IMG/VR virus record: IMGVR_UViG_3300009103_000004
Coordinates: 32,001 to 96,000 of that record
From: a virus
Strand: one strand, 5' to 3'
Length of the DNA stretch: 64,000 nt
Of this stretch, positions 6,587 to 15,292 are shown piece by piece. The position numbers and the translations under genes are program-made. The stretch's first letter is position 1. Every line of letters starts with the position of its first letter. Under the pieces are notes generated by a model. That model was given only the letters and a program-made list of their open reading frames with translations. It made no database searches and was not told where the DNA came from.

Positions 6587-9037
6587 TTATTGCTTTGTAC
6601 TGGATTCGGAATCAGGTTGATTATTATCCGTGTAGCACTTTGCTACATCCTCATCCGTAACGCGGATAATATTGATGCTATCCGCATCACTATCCAATAA
6701 CTTATAATACCGATGCCTACCGTCAATAATATCATTATTCTCATCAACCAATATAGGCTTAGTTGTATCAGCTTCTTCATAACGTTTTGATCCGAAGCCT
6801 GTGCGTTTGCTTCGGTTAGCCCCATTTGTAGAAAGACGTTCTAGAGCTATAGACTCAGTATCTCTACCCCCCACCAGATCAATTAATTTTATTATATCTA
6901 CTTCGTGACCGTTCTTTAGAGTCTTGGTGTGCAGGTGCACATTCTCTGCTTCTGGATTTTGGCGGTACTTACCTTTACGAGCATACTTTATTGTATTCTC
7001 TACCCACGCATCGCACGTGTTGTCTTTAACGCAACTAAAGTTAAACGCATTACAATGACCAACGTTAGTCCTATGTTGGCAAGTCCCACAAGTCTTATCT
7101 GGAGATTCAGAAGGACGATAATTAGGAGCTTCCAAGTTTATAGCAGCACCCTCTATAGAAGCCGCTGCCTTTGTGTCATCCAACCCTAGTATACCCATAG
7201 CTTGATCCCTGATATCAACTTGCGACTCATCTTTGATATCCAAGTCAGCCACAACATGCTTTGGGAGATGCAATCTAAATCCAGTGGGTGAGTGAGTAAC
7301 TCCAACAATACCTTCCTCACGAGTAGTTATAACAAAATCCTTAGGATTCTTATTCATTAAAGTACGCAACCGAACTTGCTTGTGGTGGTACTGCTTGTTG
7401 TCAGATTCATTCTTGGCCTTGATTAATTCGTCTAGAGCAGATCCCGGTTCCACTGCGGAGCTCTTCCTACGCTCCTCCTCCTCTTCAGCTTCCTGTGCAG
7501 CAAGCTCTTCCTCTTCTTCAAGACGTGCAAGCTCCTCATCAGTAAGTTCATGGGCACCATATATTTTCTTCTTATGACGAAAAGCTGCAGAGATAGGGTT
7601 GAACATAGCTTCCTTCTCATCAAATCTTTCTCTCTCTGGGTCCACTGCACCCATCTTGGGCATCATGGATTGTTCGGGCATTCCCATTTCGGGTTGCTGA
7701 GGCATTCCCATTTCGGGTTGCTGTTGCATCATGTCCTGCAACGGAGGTTGTTCAGGTATCTGCTGTTGCGGAAGACTTTGCCTTATTCTACCAAGAACAC
7801 GTTCGCGCTCTTGCTCTAAACGCTCCTGATCAGCACGATCCTTAATATCATGGAATTTATCCTGCAGCTTATCCTCTGCCTTTATCTTCTCCACATGTTT
7901 CTTGTTCTGGTGCTTTAGATCCTTTGTAACTTTCTTTGTCTTAATGGCCCTCTCAGTCTTCTGCTTATTATGCATATTTTGCATAACTTGCTTAACAACA
8001 GCATGCGGGTCGAGCTGACCACTCTCATTAAGCAAATCAGCGTTAAGTCCCTGTATCTCCAGCTTCTTCCTGCGTACCTCTAGGTCACGCTTAAACTCTG
8101 CCTGCTCTTGCTTTTTCTTAGCCTTGTCTTCCAGCTCCTGACGCTTCTGGTCCCACTTAACGAACTCCTCGGAATTTTGAGCCATTGAAAAAGGCTGTTG
8201 TGGAGCAGCAGGAGCCTGAAACCCAAACTTCCTCCAAACTGACGCAGCCTTTTCATTAAATAAATTAGGGAGTGTTCGCTCAACAGAAGACTTTGAAAGT
8301 TTAGTTAACTGTAGAGCATTCCTGACTGCAGTAACTTTATCCTCCCTGGATGCATCGGGATCCCCATTCCTAACAAGTTTACTGTATGCCTTATCCAGTA
8401 CCCTAGAGTCATACTTAGCCTTGTTAGCCTGTAGAACTTCAGGCCCCCACCTAAGCTCAAGGTCATCATCCGGTACTCCTATATCATGCAACAATGAATA
8501 CAAACGAAGAGAAGCTTGGTCTATATCCATTTTGTAAAGAGAGGTCTCTGGCTCTAATCTCAACCTGTAAGATTTACCAGTACCACGCTTTGCATTGATA
8601 TGAGCCTCGATCTCTCCAGATTCTTTTTTACGAGTGTATATGCCCGAAGATAGGCGGGCTTGATTTAATGTTACATACTCATTCCCATTATGTATCATGG
8701 TCCCACGATCTGTAACGTAGGGAACACGCATTAACGTAACTTTCTTTTTCTCTATAAGTCCGCCCTGATCTCTGTCGTAAAGGCTGAACGTTCCACGCAA
8801 CCTGTTACCAAGAAATTGATTTTTCATCAGGGCATTCTTCTGCTGTACAAGATCGTACTCTCCCTTATCAGCATAATGAACGTCATCAAGCTCCAGACGA
8901 TACTTTCCGTACTCCTGTGGAAAGCGTTTCTTAAATCCCTCAGCTACAGAGTTGAATGTGTCTTCCCTAAGTGCTGAGAAATCATCTAAGTCTCTAAGCC
9001 TAACTCCTGTAGGTACTATGTCTCCTTTTCCTATCAT
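6587..9037 (-). CDS. rpoB: RNA polymerase beta subunit N-terminal fragment fused to coiled-coil/Gln-rich, HiPIP-like and ParB-like domains (putative polyprotein)
   Basis: TLMRVPYVTDRGTMIHNGNEYVTLNQARLSSGIY ~ RpoB [36 protein letters not shown]..CGTC-x8-C-x12-CDAW; PILVDENNDIIDGRHRY. Confidence 0.85.
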   Translation of the reverse strand: MIGKGDIVPTGVRLRDLDDFSALREDTFNSVAEGFKKRFPQEYGKYRLELDDVHYADKGEYDLVQQKNALMKNQFLGNRLRGTFSLYDRDQGGLIEKKKVTLMRVPYVTDRGTMIHNGNEYVTLNQARLSSGIYTRKKESGEIEAHINAKRGTGKSYRLRLEPETSLYKMDIDQASLRLYSLLHDIGVPDDDLELRWGPEVLQANKAKYDSRVLDKAYSKLVRNGDPDASREDKVTAVRNALQLTKLSKSSVERTLPNLFNEKAASVWRKFGFQAPAAPQQPFSMAQNSEEFVKWDQKRQELEDKAKKKQEQAEFKRDLEVRRKKLEIQGLNADLLNESGQLDPHAVVKQVMQNMHNKQKTERAIKTKKVTKDLKHQNKKHVEKIKAEDKLQDKFHDIKDRADQERLEQERERVLGRIRQSLPQQQIPEQPPLQDMMQQQPEMGMPQQPEMGMPEQSMMPKMGAVDPERERFDEKEAMFNPISAAFRHKKKIYGAHELTDEELARLEEEEELAAQEAEEEEERRKSSAVEPGSALDELIKAKNESDNKQYHHKQVRLRTLMNKNPKDFVITTREEGIVGVTHSPTGFRLHLPKHVVADLDIKDESQVDIRDQAMGILGLDDTKAAASIEGAAINLEAPNYRPSESPDKTCGTCQHRTNVGHCNAFNFSCVKDNTCDAWVENTIKYARKGKYRQNPEAENVHLHTKTLKNGHEVDIIKLIDLVGGRDTESIALERLSTNGANRSKRTGFGSKRYEEADTTKPILVDENNDIIDGRHRYYKLLDSDADSINIIRVTDEDVAKCYTDNNQPDSESSTKQ
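7677..7723. repeat. 24-bp tandem duplication encoding QQPEMGMP x2
   Basis: ggcattcccatttcgggttgctg occurs twice with 24-bp period. Confidence 0.9.
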
Positions 9038-9039
9038 AA

Positions 9040-12000
9040 CTAGTTTACTGGGGGAACTTCTTCGTTAACCTGACCCTGTACTTGTTCATCAAATAAATCT
9101 CCATATGCTTTTGAGTTATCGTTAGCTTCTCCTATTTCTCGTGCAAGATTGTGTATAGTATCGATTGCGCCATCCTCTTGAAGATTTACACTGGGGCTTA
9201 CAGGGTAGCTATTTTGAGGGCCGAAGCGTGGGCGCTCAAACTTTGGCTGAATCATATTCTTAGGATGGTCTTTTATATTTCCAACCGGTTTTCCGTCATT
9301 ATATTTCGGATCCCTCATCAACCTCTCGTACGGCAGAGCCATGTCATTAGACATGCCAACCCCGCTACTACCACCAGCGTCTACGGAAAAGTTAGCACCT
9401 TCCGGATTCCAGGTGCGATTTTTGTGCAGCTCTGCTCGGGCGTTCGCTTCATCCTCGGCTTTATACTTAGCTTTTTGTGCCTGAGATACGAAGTCAACAC
9501 CTCTGTGATCAGTTTGAAACGTTTCATACGGGAAAAATTGCCCACCTTGAACCATACCAGTGTTTGGGTCCCAAGGAGCAGCAAAGTTATACGTGTTCAA
9601 CTGCTCGTCAGAAAACCCTTCAACATTTTTAAGGTATTCGTATTCTTGTGGGCCCATAAAGTAGCCAGTTCGAGAGTGAGGCTTAAGATCGACATACCTA
9701 CCATCCTCACCGTACGGTACTTTCGTAGGATAAAATTGGTCACGCAGATCGGTGTACTTGAACGTGTGACCTCCGCCCATCGTCGCGCCAGTAGAAATGC
9801 TGCCATCAGCTTCCCTATACTGATAGGGAAAATGCCCTCCCTGATATGCTGAGTCATTCCCACCAGGAAGTTCGCTAAGTGGAAGGGTTCCACGTCCACC
9901 AGGATCGTAATCAGTAAGTGGATGCCCTTGCTCGATAGTATCGCGCCCAGAATCGGTTAAGTTACCGTCTGCATCCAAAAAGCCTCGTTGGATAGAGTCC
10001 TCAGGGTTACTACGCATATATTCCTCCGTCCACACTGGTGTCTCAGTATCTATACCAATACTGTTAGCTCCACCGCCCAGTCTCCCGCCACCCTGAAGTG
10101 CTCCTATTGCACTAGGACCACGGGATATATAATTACCGCTACCGTCTGGTATGGGAGTACCAACGGCCATATTAAAACCGTCGTCATTTCCATAAGCCTG
10201 TATGTGTTGGGCTCTATATCGCTCAACATCCGCTGGAGTAGCAGAAGAATAGCCACTGCTATGACCAGCGTGAATGTTAAACATTTTTCTTAATCCTTGT
10301 GTAAGAAGTGGATCCCTCATGGTACCATCCGAAGTAAACGTGGGGGAGGCAGCGGGGGTACCCACTTGATCTGCCCAAAAAGTACCTATGGCCCCTTTTT
10401 GTAAATTGCTCATGGGAACTCTAGTGCCAGATGAAGGTAGCCAACTCTGAGGAATGACCTTCCCACCACCTCTTTTGATGGCCTGTGTAAATGCACCACC
10501 GGCGATGGTTGCGTCCACCAGACCCAATCCAATATCCATACTTCCCTGCAACGCAGCTTCGCCAGGAGTGTATACGGCAGTAGTGCCATCTGGATACACC
10601 ACTATTTGCGGGTGTAAATCCCCGGTCTCCTTGCCGCCTCTAAAAAAGTTCCTACCTGGAGCGCCCCAGCTTTCATTAACCTTAGTAGCACCTCCCCAAA
10701 CACCAGCGTTTATAGCCTGGGCCATACCCCCCACGGTGTTTCTGATTCTGTTACCACCACCAATCCTGGGGGCACGCCCAAGAAGGTTGGATTTTTGGTG
10801 AGAAAAAAGACCATTGCCGCCATGTGTGTCACCTGCCAAGGTGAAGAAGTTTGGCGTGCCTTCATTTTTACCCCAAGTATAATTCTCCCACCTTTCCTGC
10901 GGAGTGCGAACAGTTATGGGATCATCCATACTCTCGATCACACCATCTTTAAGAAGTCGCTGCTTTAACGCATAGTGTGGGTTCCAAGCATTTTCAGTAG
11001 GGGCATTAGCCCAAGTCCCGGTCTCATGATCGTACTTTGGCTGTATATAAGGAAGTAAACTTTCTTCCAACGCTTGTCTCTCTTGTACCTTAGCAGCAAT
11101 TTGTTGGTCGATGCCAGCTGCATCGGTAGGGCCCCCGCTTTGTTTGAGGGTTTGCAGCTGAGCTATCTCTTCTGATATCTTGTCAAGTTCCCCACCAGCC
11201 CCCTGCAAAAGCTTCTGGTAATCTTTTTTCCAATAAGAAGGATACATTTTTGTACCTGACGAGCGTTCCCCTGATGGAGCTGGTAAACCATGCTCATCTA
11301 GATTCCAATATTTACCTGGGTCTATTTCTGTTGTGTTGCCTATATTGGCATGACGCCAGCCGCCAGGCTGATTCATCATAGCTGGGTCTAGGTGTCGAAG
11401 TGGTTTACCTTCCCCGTCTAACCTTACATATTCACCGGGTACAATGCTGTTGTGCTCGCCTTGTGTCTTATGGGTCCAGCCATATGGCTGGCCGTATTGC
11501 TCTTGAGGAGGAGTTGCACCACCGCTAAATGTGAGGTCTGCATATTCACCTGTAGGGTTGCCTTCAGCATCAGTGGGTACACCTGAAAACGGGAGCCACT
11601 CACGAAACCTATAAGGTGCACCATCTTTACCCGTAGGTACTATATGTTTGTTCGCTATAGGATAGTAGTCAGGAGACAGCTGCTCTAATATGTGTTTCTG
11701 GATATCGGTTGTACGCATGGGGTCGTAATACCCACCCCCGCCTGGTAAACCAGCCGTAGATTGCATAAAATCTATATCTTCTTCTCCAGGAGTTCCAGTC
11801 GCACCGTACCACGCTGCCGAAGCTGCGTCGTCTATCATATTGGGAATGGAGAATAGCTCCTTATTCCTTTCCTTCCAGTACGCGTCATCTTCTTTTTCCT
11901 TAGCAAGCAGTTGTTTATACTCCCGGTCACCTGCCTCATTAAGCTGTACGTATGTTGGCTTACCCATCTGCTGCGTACTTAATTTCCATAACTTTTCCTT

Positions 12001-12393
12001 GTAGGCAAAGTCCTTAGCAGACATCTTGTCTGGCCAGTCAGGAGGGAAGTTACCAACCTGTATACCATTCTCAGTTGTGATTTCCCTTTGGGGATAAGCT
12101 GGAAGCTTGCCGCCATGGGAGTAGTCTATTTTTGATTTCAGTATTGGTAGTTCTTTTTCTTTTGGAAAGTCCGCTTCTATAGTCTCCTCGCTTACTGGCA
12201 GCATCTCCTTCATAGCTTTTTCATACGAAGGCCACTTTTTTTGTGGGTGTATAACTCTTAGCCGGTCTACCCAGGCAAACTCTTTAGGTGACATGGTGTC
12301 TGGATAACTGTCGTCGTCAACCCATTCACGCGTGTACACTGTACCATTTGGGCGTGTGATCCCAACCATCTTGCCGGCCTTCTTGGTGAGCAT
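9040..12393 (-). CDS. large Gly/Pro-rich putative virion protein (~1117 aa)
   Basis: Long ORF; probable start MLTKKAG at 12393 because the upstream extension is AT-rich; duplicated N-terminal motif; no recognised enzyme motif. Confidence 0.55.
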   Translation of the reverse strand: MLTKKAGKMVGITRPNGTVYTREWVDDDSYPDTMSPKEFAWVDRLRVIHPQKKWPSYEKAMKEMLPVSEETIEADFPKEKELPILKSKIDYSHGGKLPAYPQREITTENGIQVGNFPPDWPDKMSAKDFAYKEKLWKLSTQQMGKPTYVQLNEAGDREYKQLLAKEKEDDAYWKERNKELFSIPNMIDDAASAAWYGATGTPGEEDIDFMQSTAGLPGGGGYYDPMRTTDIQKHILEQLSPDYYPIANKHIVPTGKDGAPYRFREWLPFSGVPTDAEGNPTGEYADLTFSGGATPPQEQYGQPYGWTHKTQGEHNSIVPGEYVRLDGEGKPLRHLDPAMMNQPGGWRHANIGNTTEIDPGKYWNLDEHGLPAPSGERSSGTKMYPSYWKKDYQKLLQGAGGELDKISEEIAQLQTLKQSGGPTDAAGIDQQIAAKVQERQALEESLLPYIQPKYDHETGTWANAPTENAWNPHYALKQRLLKDGVIESMDDPITVRTPQERWENYTWGKNEGTPNFFTLAGDTHGGNGLFSHQKSNLLGRAPRIGGGNRIRNTVGGMAQAINAGVWGGATKVNESWGAPGRNFFRGGKETGDLHPQIVVYPDGTTAVYTPGEAALQGSMDIGLGLVDATIAGGAFTQAIKRGGGKVIPQSWLPSSGTRVPMSNLQKGAIGTFWADQVGTPAASPTFTSDGTMRDPLLTQGLRKMFNIHAGHSSGYSSATPADVERYRAQHIQAYGNDDGFNMAVGTPIPDGSGNYISRGPSAIGALQGGGRLGGGANSIGIDTETPVWTEEYMRSNPEDSIQRGFLDADGNLTDSGRDTIEQGHPLTDYDPGGRGTLPLSELPGGNDSAYQGGHFPYQYREADGSISTGATMGGGHTFKYTDLRDQFYPTKVPYGEDGRYVDLKPHSRTGYFMGPQEYEYLKNVEGFSDEQLNTYNFAAPWDPNTGMVQGGQFFPYETFQTDHRGVDFVSQAQKAKYKAEDEANARAELHKNRTWNPEGANFSVDAGGSSGVGMSNDMALPYERLMRDPKYNDGKPVGNIKDHPKNMIQPKFERPRFGPQNSYPVSPSVNLQEDGAIDTIHNLAREIGEANDNSKAYGDLFDEQVQGQVNEEVPPVN

Positions 12394-12478
12394 GGGGGTA
12401 CCAACTTTAAATAAATTGTACTTATCCTTATTAGTCACGTAGGAAATTAAATACCAAACGATAAAGTTATGCAACAGA

Positions 12479-12529
12479 TAAAAAAAATCGCGGGGGCAAA
12501 AAGCTGAGGGGCTTTCGCGATTTTTTTTT
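12479..12529. terminator. probable bidirectional terminator
   Basis: A-tract-TCGCG...CGCGA-T-tract inverted repeat between the 12558 gene and the virion block. Confidence 0.7.
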
Positions 12530-12557
12530 GATATACTAAATGATATGTTTATATTTA

Positions 12558-14270
12558 TTATTCACTTAAACCCGTGGGAGGGGTCAACTCATATACGCCG
12601 GCTTGGGAGCTATTATGCCAGGTAACATGATCTATCGCGTAGTATATGTACCCGATCTCCTGCATTGAATCTCGAAGTATATGAGAAAAGAATCCCGGGC
12701 ATTTGCTTAACAGGAAACTTTCTATAATCTCTAGAGACAACAGTAATACCTCTTCTACATGTTTTTGGTTCCTTACTCTAGAGAGCTCTGCCCATTCTTT
12801 ACGAATAGCGTTTACTATATAACTCTTTGGCAGAAGCCTGCTCTCGCAGTAGGAATCAAGCATTAAGAAGAACAAGAGGCGTGGGCAGGGGTTCTGCCAG
12901 AAATCAAACCTAACACTGTCAGCATTACCCGACACTTCTTGATTAGATACAGTGTTGTTAACTATAGAGTTGTAGTCATACCAGCGATGATTCCTATAAG
13001 TTTTAGCATCCAGATCTATGTAGGTACCAGTAGCACCGAATAGATTGGAACTAGCTCTAGTATTATCATCTCTGCCAGAGCCACCGCGTAGTACAGCTTT
13101 AGCAGGACCTCCAGATGATAGAAGTAACATATGCATCAGATATGATTTTATTAGCCCATACCGCAATGTATACGTACATTTTACATAAGGGTCCATAAGG
13201 CTCTCGACTGCAGAATACCTGTTCCTAGAATACCAATCATTAAAATCAAACTCTGATAGGTGGTCAGTTGGAACAGAAGGGTCTATTACACCATGATCTG
13301 CATCATAAGGAAAAAACGCATTTCCTCTTAAAGCAAGTATTGCCTGCAGAAGAATACCGTAACGTAGTATATGTTTATCCTTGGTTCGCAATAAAGCATC
13401 AGATGAATATAAATCTCCAGTAAGGAAATCACCATCTGGACCTCTCCAGCCCGCGTCTAGCCTATCTACTAGATGTTCTTGTGTTACGCCAGTATCGGAA
13501 TCTTCGTACCTAGCGTTCCTGTGAGAAAAGGGAACTTCCTCGTCTGAACAAAAAGAACAAAACGAAAGCCCGTAACCCAAGCTTTGTGTATATGCTTTAA
13601 GATAATCAATAGCGTAATTACGTATGACCTCCTTTAAAAACCGGATGCGATTGGTGTGAGTTCCGAATATAGAGTACATCCTACCATAACCACCCTCGAC
13701 GGTCCACCAACCACGTCGGTGTTCCATCCTGCCGTTTATATTGGTGTTGCCGTTCCTAACCATCCTGTAAGAGTAATACTGCGTATACTTATTGTTATGG
13801 GAATAATCTATAGTGTATGTATCCCTCACAAACTTGTTGTTGTCAGCGCCAACGCAGAGAATACCGGAGTTCTCAGACCTGTAGATACGAGAGCCAGTGT
13901 AGGAGAGAATACGATTCTTATAACCATTCGTTAGGTAGTAATTATTTCTTTGCTTGTGCAAAACCCAATGCGTGGTATGAATATCTATAATAGGCTCGCC
14001 GTAATACGACACCCTGTAGTATGACACCGGCGCACTGTTTTGGTTAGCTTTGGAAGCACATGCCATAGGGTAAAGGTACGTACTATCACATAGTTTCTTT
14101 CGACGTGATCCATATGGTCGTCGCCTATGTACCTGACGGCACTTATCGAAAGTCAGCAAACCATGGGCCCGTAATGTATAATTACCGCCAGGAGTGTCTC
14201 TGTAATCCCTACTAACTTTATGATCAATCTTGGGTAACTCTGTATTAGCATAATTAATTATATCAGTCAT
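12558..14270 (-). CDS. hypothetical protein (570 aa, Tyr/Arg-rich)
   Basis: Long ORF; no family recognised. Confidence 0.7.
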   Translation of the reverse strand: MTDIINYANTELPKIDHKVSRDYRDTPGGNYTLRAHGLLTFDKCRQVHRRRPYGSRRKKLCDSTYLYPMACASKANQNSAPVSYYRVSYYGEPIIDIHTTHWVLHKQRNNYYLTNGYKNRILSYTGSRIYRSENSGILCVGADNNKFVRDTYTIDYSHNNKYTQYYSYRMVRNGNTNINGRMEHRRGWWTVEGGYGRMYSIFGTHTNRIRFLKEVIRNYAIDYLKAYTQSLGYGLSFCSFCSDEEVPFSHRNARYEDSDTGVTQEHLVDRLDAGWRGPDGDFLTGDLYSSDALLRTKDKHILRYGILLQAILALRGNAFFPYDADHGVIDPSVPTDHLSEFDFNDWYSRNRYSAVESLMDPYVKCTYTLRYGLIKSYLMHMLLLSSGGPAKAVLRGGSGRDDNTRASSNLFGATGTYIDLDAKTYRNHRWYDYNSIVNNTVSNQEVSGNADSVRFDFWQNPCPRLLFFLMLDSYCESRLLPKSYIVNAIRKEWAELSRVRNQKHVEEVLLLSLEIIESFLLSKCPGFFSHILRDSMQEIGYIYYAIDHVTWHNSSQAGVYELTPPTGLSE

Positions 14271-14478
14271 TGTTGTTATTTCCTTCTGTTAAACACTTAT
14301 CCTCCACATCCACAAAACTACAAGAATGTACAAGGTCTGAATCGCCTAGAGAAGCTAAACGCTTTTTTATTGCAGATCGCAAAACCCTGCCGTCTATCTC
14401 ATCCCAAAGTATTAAGTTATTATTCTCTGGATCAGTAGGTACCTCGGCTGCGAAACAAATGTCTAGTACTACAAACAT
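14263..14478 (-). CDS. small hypothetical protein
   Basis: ORF overlapping the start of the next gene. Confidence 0.5.
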   Translation of the reverse strand: MFVVLDICFAAEVPTDPENNNLILWDEIDGRVLRSAIKKRLASLGDSDLVHSCSFVDVEDKCLTEGNNNND

Positions 14479-14553
14479 TGTTAATCCTCCTCCCTATTCT
14501 TACTGCGAAGCCAAAGCGGCACAAGGCCCACTGCTATAAGTGCACCCCAAACT

Positions 14554-14599
14554 AAAAAACCGCCGTTCTGCAGAAATATACCCAAAAGCAAAACGGCGG
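14554..14599 (-). terminator. intrinsic terminator
   Basis: CCGCCGTTTTGC-loop-GCAGAACGGCGG + T6 after the stop of 14621..15286. Confidence 0.8.
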
Positions 14600-14620
14600 C
14601 TACCATCAAAAATAAACTAT

Positions 14621-15286
14621 TCATTGTTTAATGTAACCATGTAATATTCTAACTCTTTCTTTATCAGGAACTTTTATGAGATGACGTATGAATGTACCAT
14701 CCAGACCATTAAGCTCCTTATAACTTTTTACAAACCGAAAACTCCTGGTGTTGGATTCCCACAAAAACCACAAAGCAAGTTGCTCATAAGGATGATGATA
14801 GAGAGAATCAGAGTTATCCAAGTAGCGATACGTGTCATAGAATGTTCCACCATAAGAAGGATCTTCGGGGACGTTCCACCACTTGTCCGCTAACTCAATA
14901 CCATTATTACCTCTGCTAAACAAAAATACTCCAGCGTTTGCTCTATCCGAATGGAAGACTGAGGACTCCAGCATTTGATCTCTGGCAAATAGCCCACAAA
15001 CATTGGGATCTTTAATATACCCTGTAAGCGGGCCTAAGTTCATTGATTGGTTTACTACGAAAGCATCGCCATCAACATACAAAACGTAATCATAATTTGG
15101 AAGCTGCTCACGCAAGTGCCAAACCCTGCCCCAGGCTGGGTGCCTGGGAAAGGATTCATCTAGCTTAAACTCCTTATAATCATAGCCATGCGAAGCTGCA
15201 TACTGCTTGTTTATTTTAGAAGATAGGCTAACGTACTCGGGTTCTGGAGCACCATATGATACCTGATATATAAGAATGTTACTCAT
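14621..15286 (-). CDS. GT34-like (MNN10/GMA12-type) glycosyltransferase
   Basis: NKQYAASHGYDY, PAWGRV, YVLYVDGDAFVVN (DxD), NAGVFLF, YEQLAL. Confidence 0.75.
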   Translation of the reverse strand: MSNILIYQVSYGAPEPEYVSLSSKINKQYAASHGYDYKEFKLDESFPRHPAWGRVWHLREQLPNYDYVLYVDGDAFVVNQSMNLGPLTGYIKDPNVCGLFARDQMLESSVFHSDRANAGVFLFSRGNNGIELADKWWNVPEDPSYGGTFYDTYRYLDNSDSLYHHPYEQLALWFLWESNTRSFRFVKSYKELNGLDGTFIRHLIKVPDKERVRILHGYIKQ

Positions 15287-15292
15287 TCCAAC

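Noticed and set aside
9151-9852. 233-aa plus-strand ORF and other antisense ORFs (e.g. 4807..5256, 61144..61692, 57752..58153)
   Set aside because: Fully antisense to longer, better-supported genes; no motifs; typical shadow ORFs.
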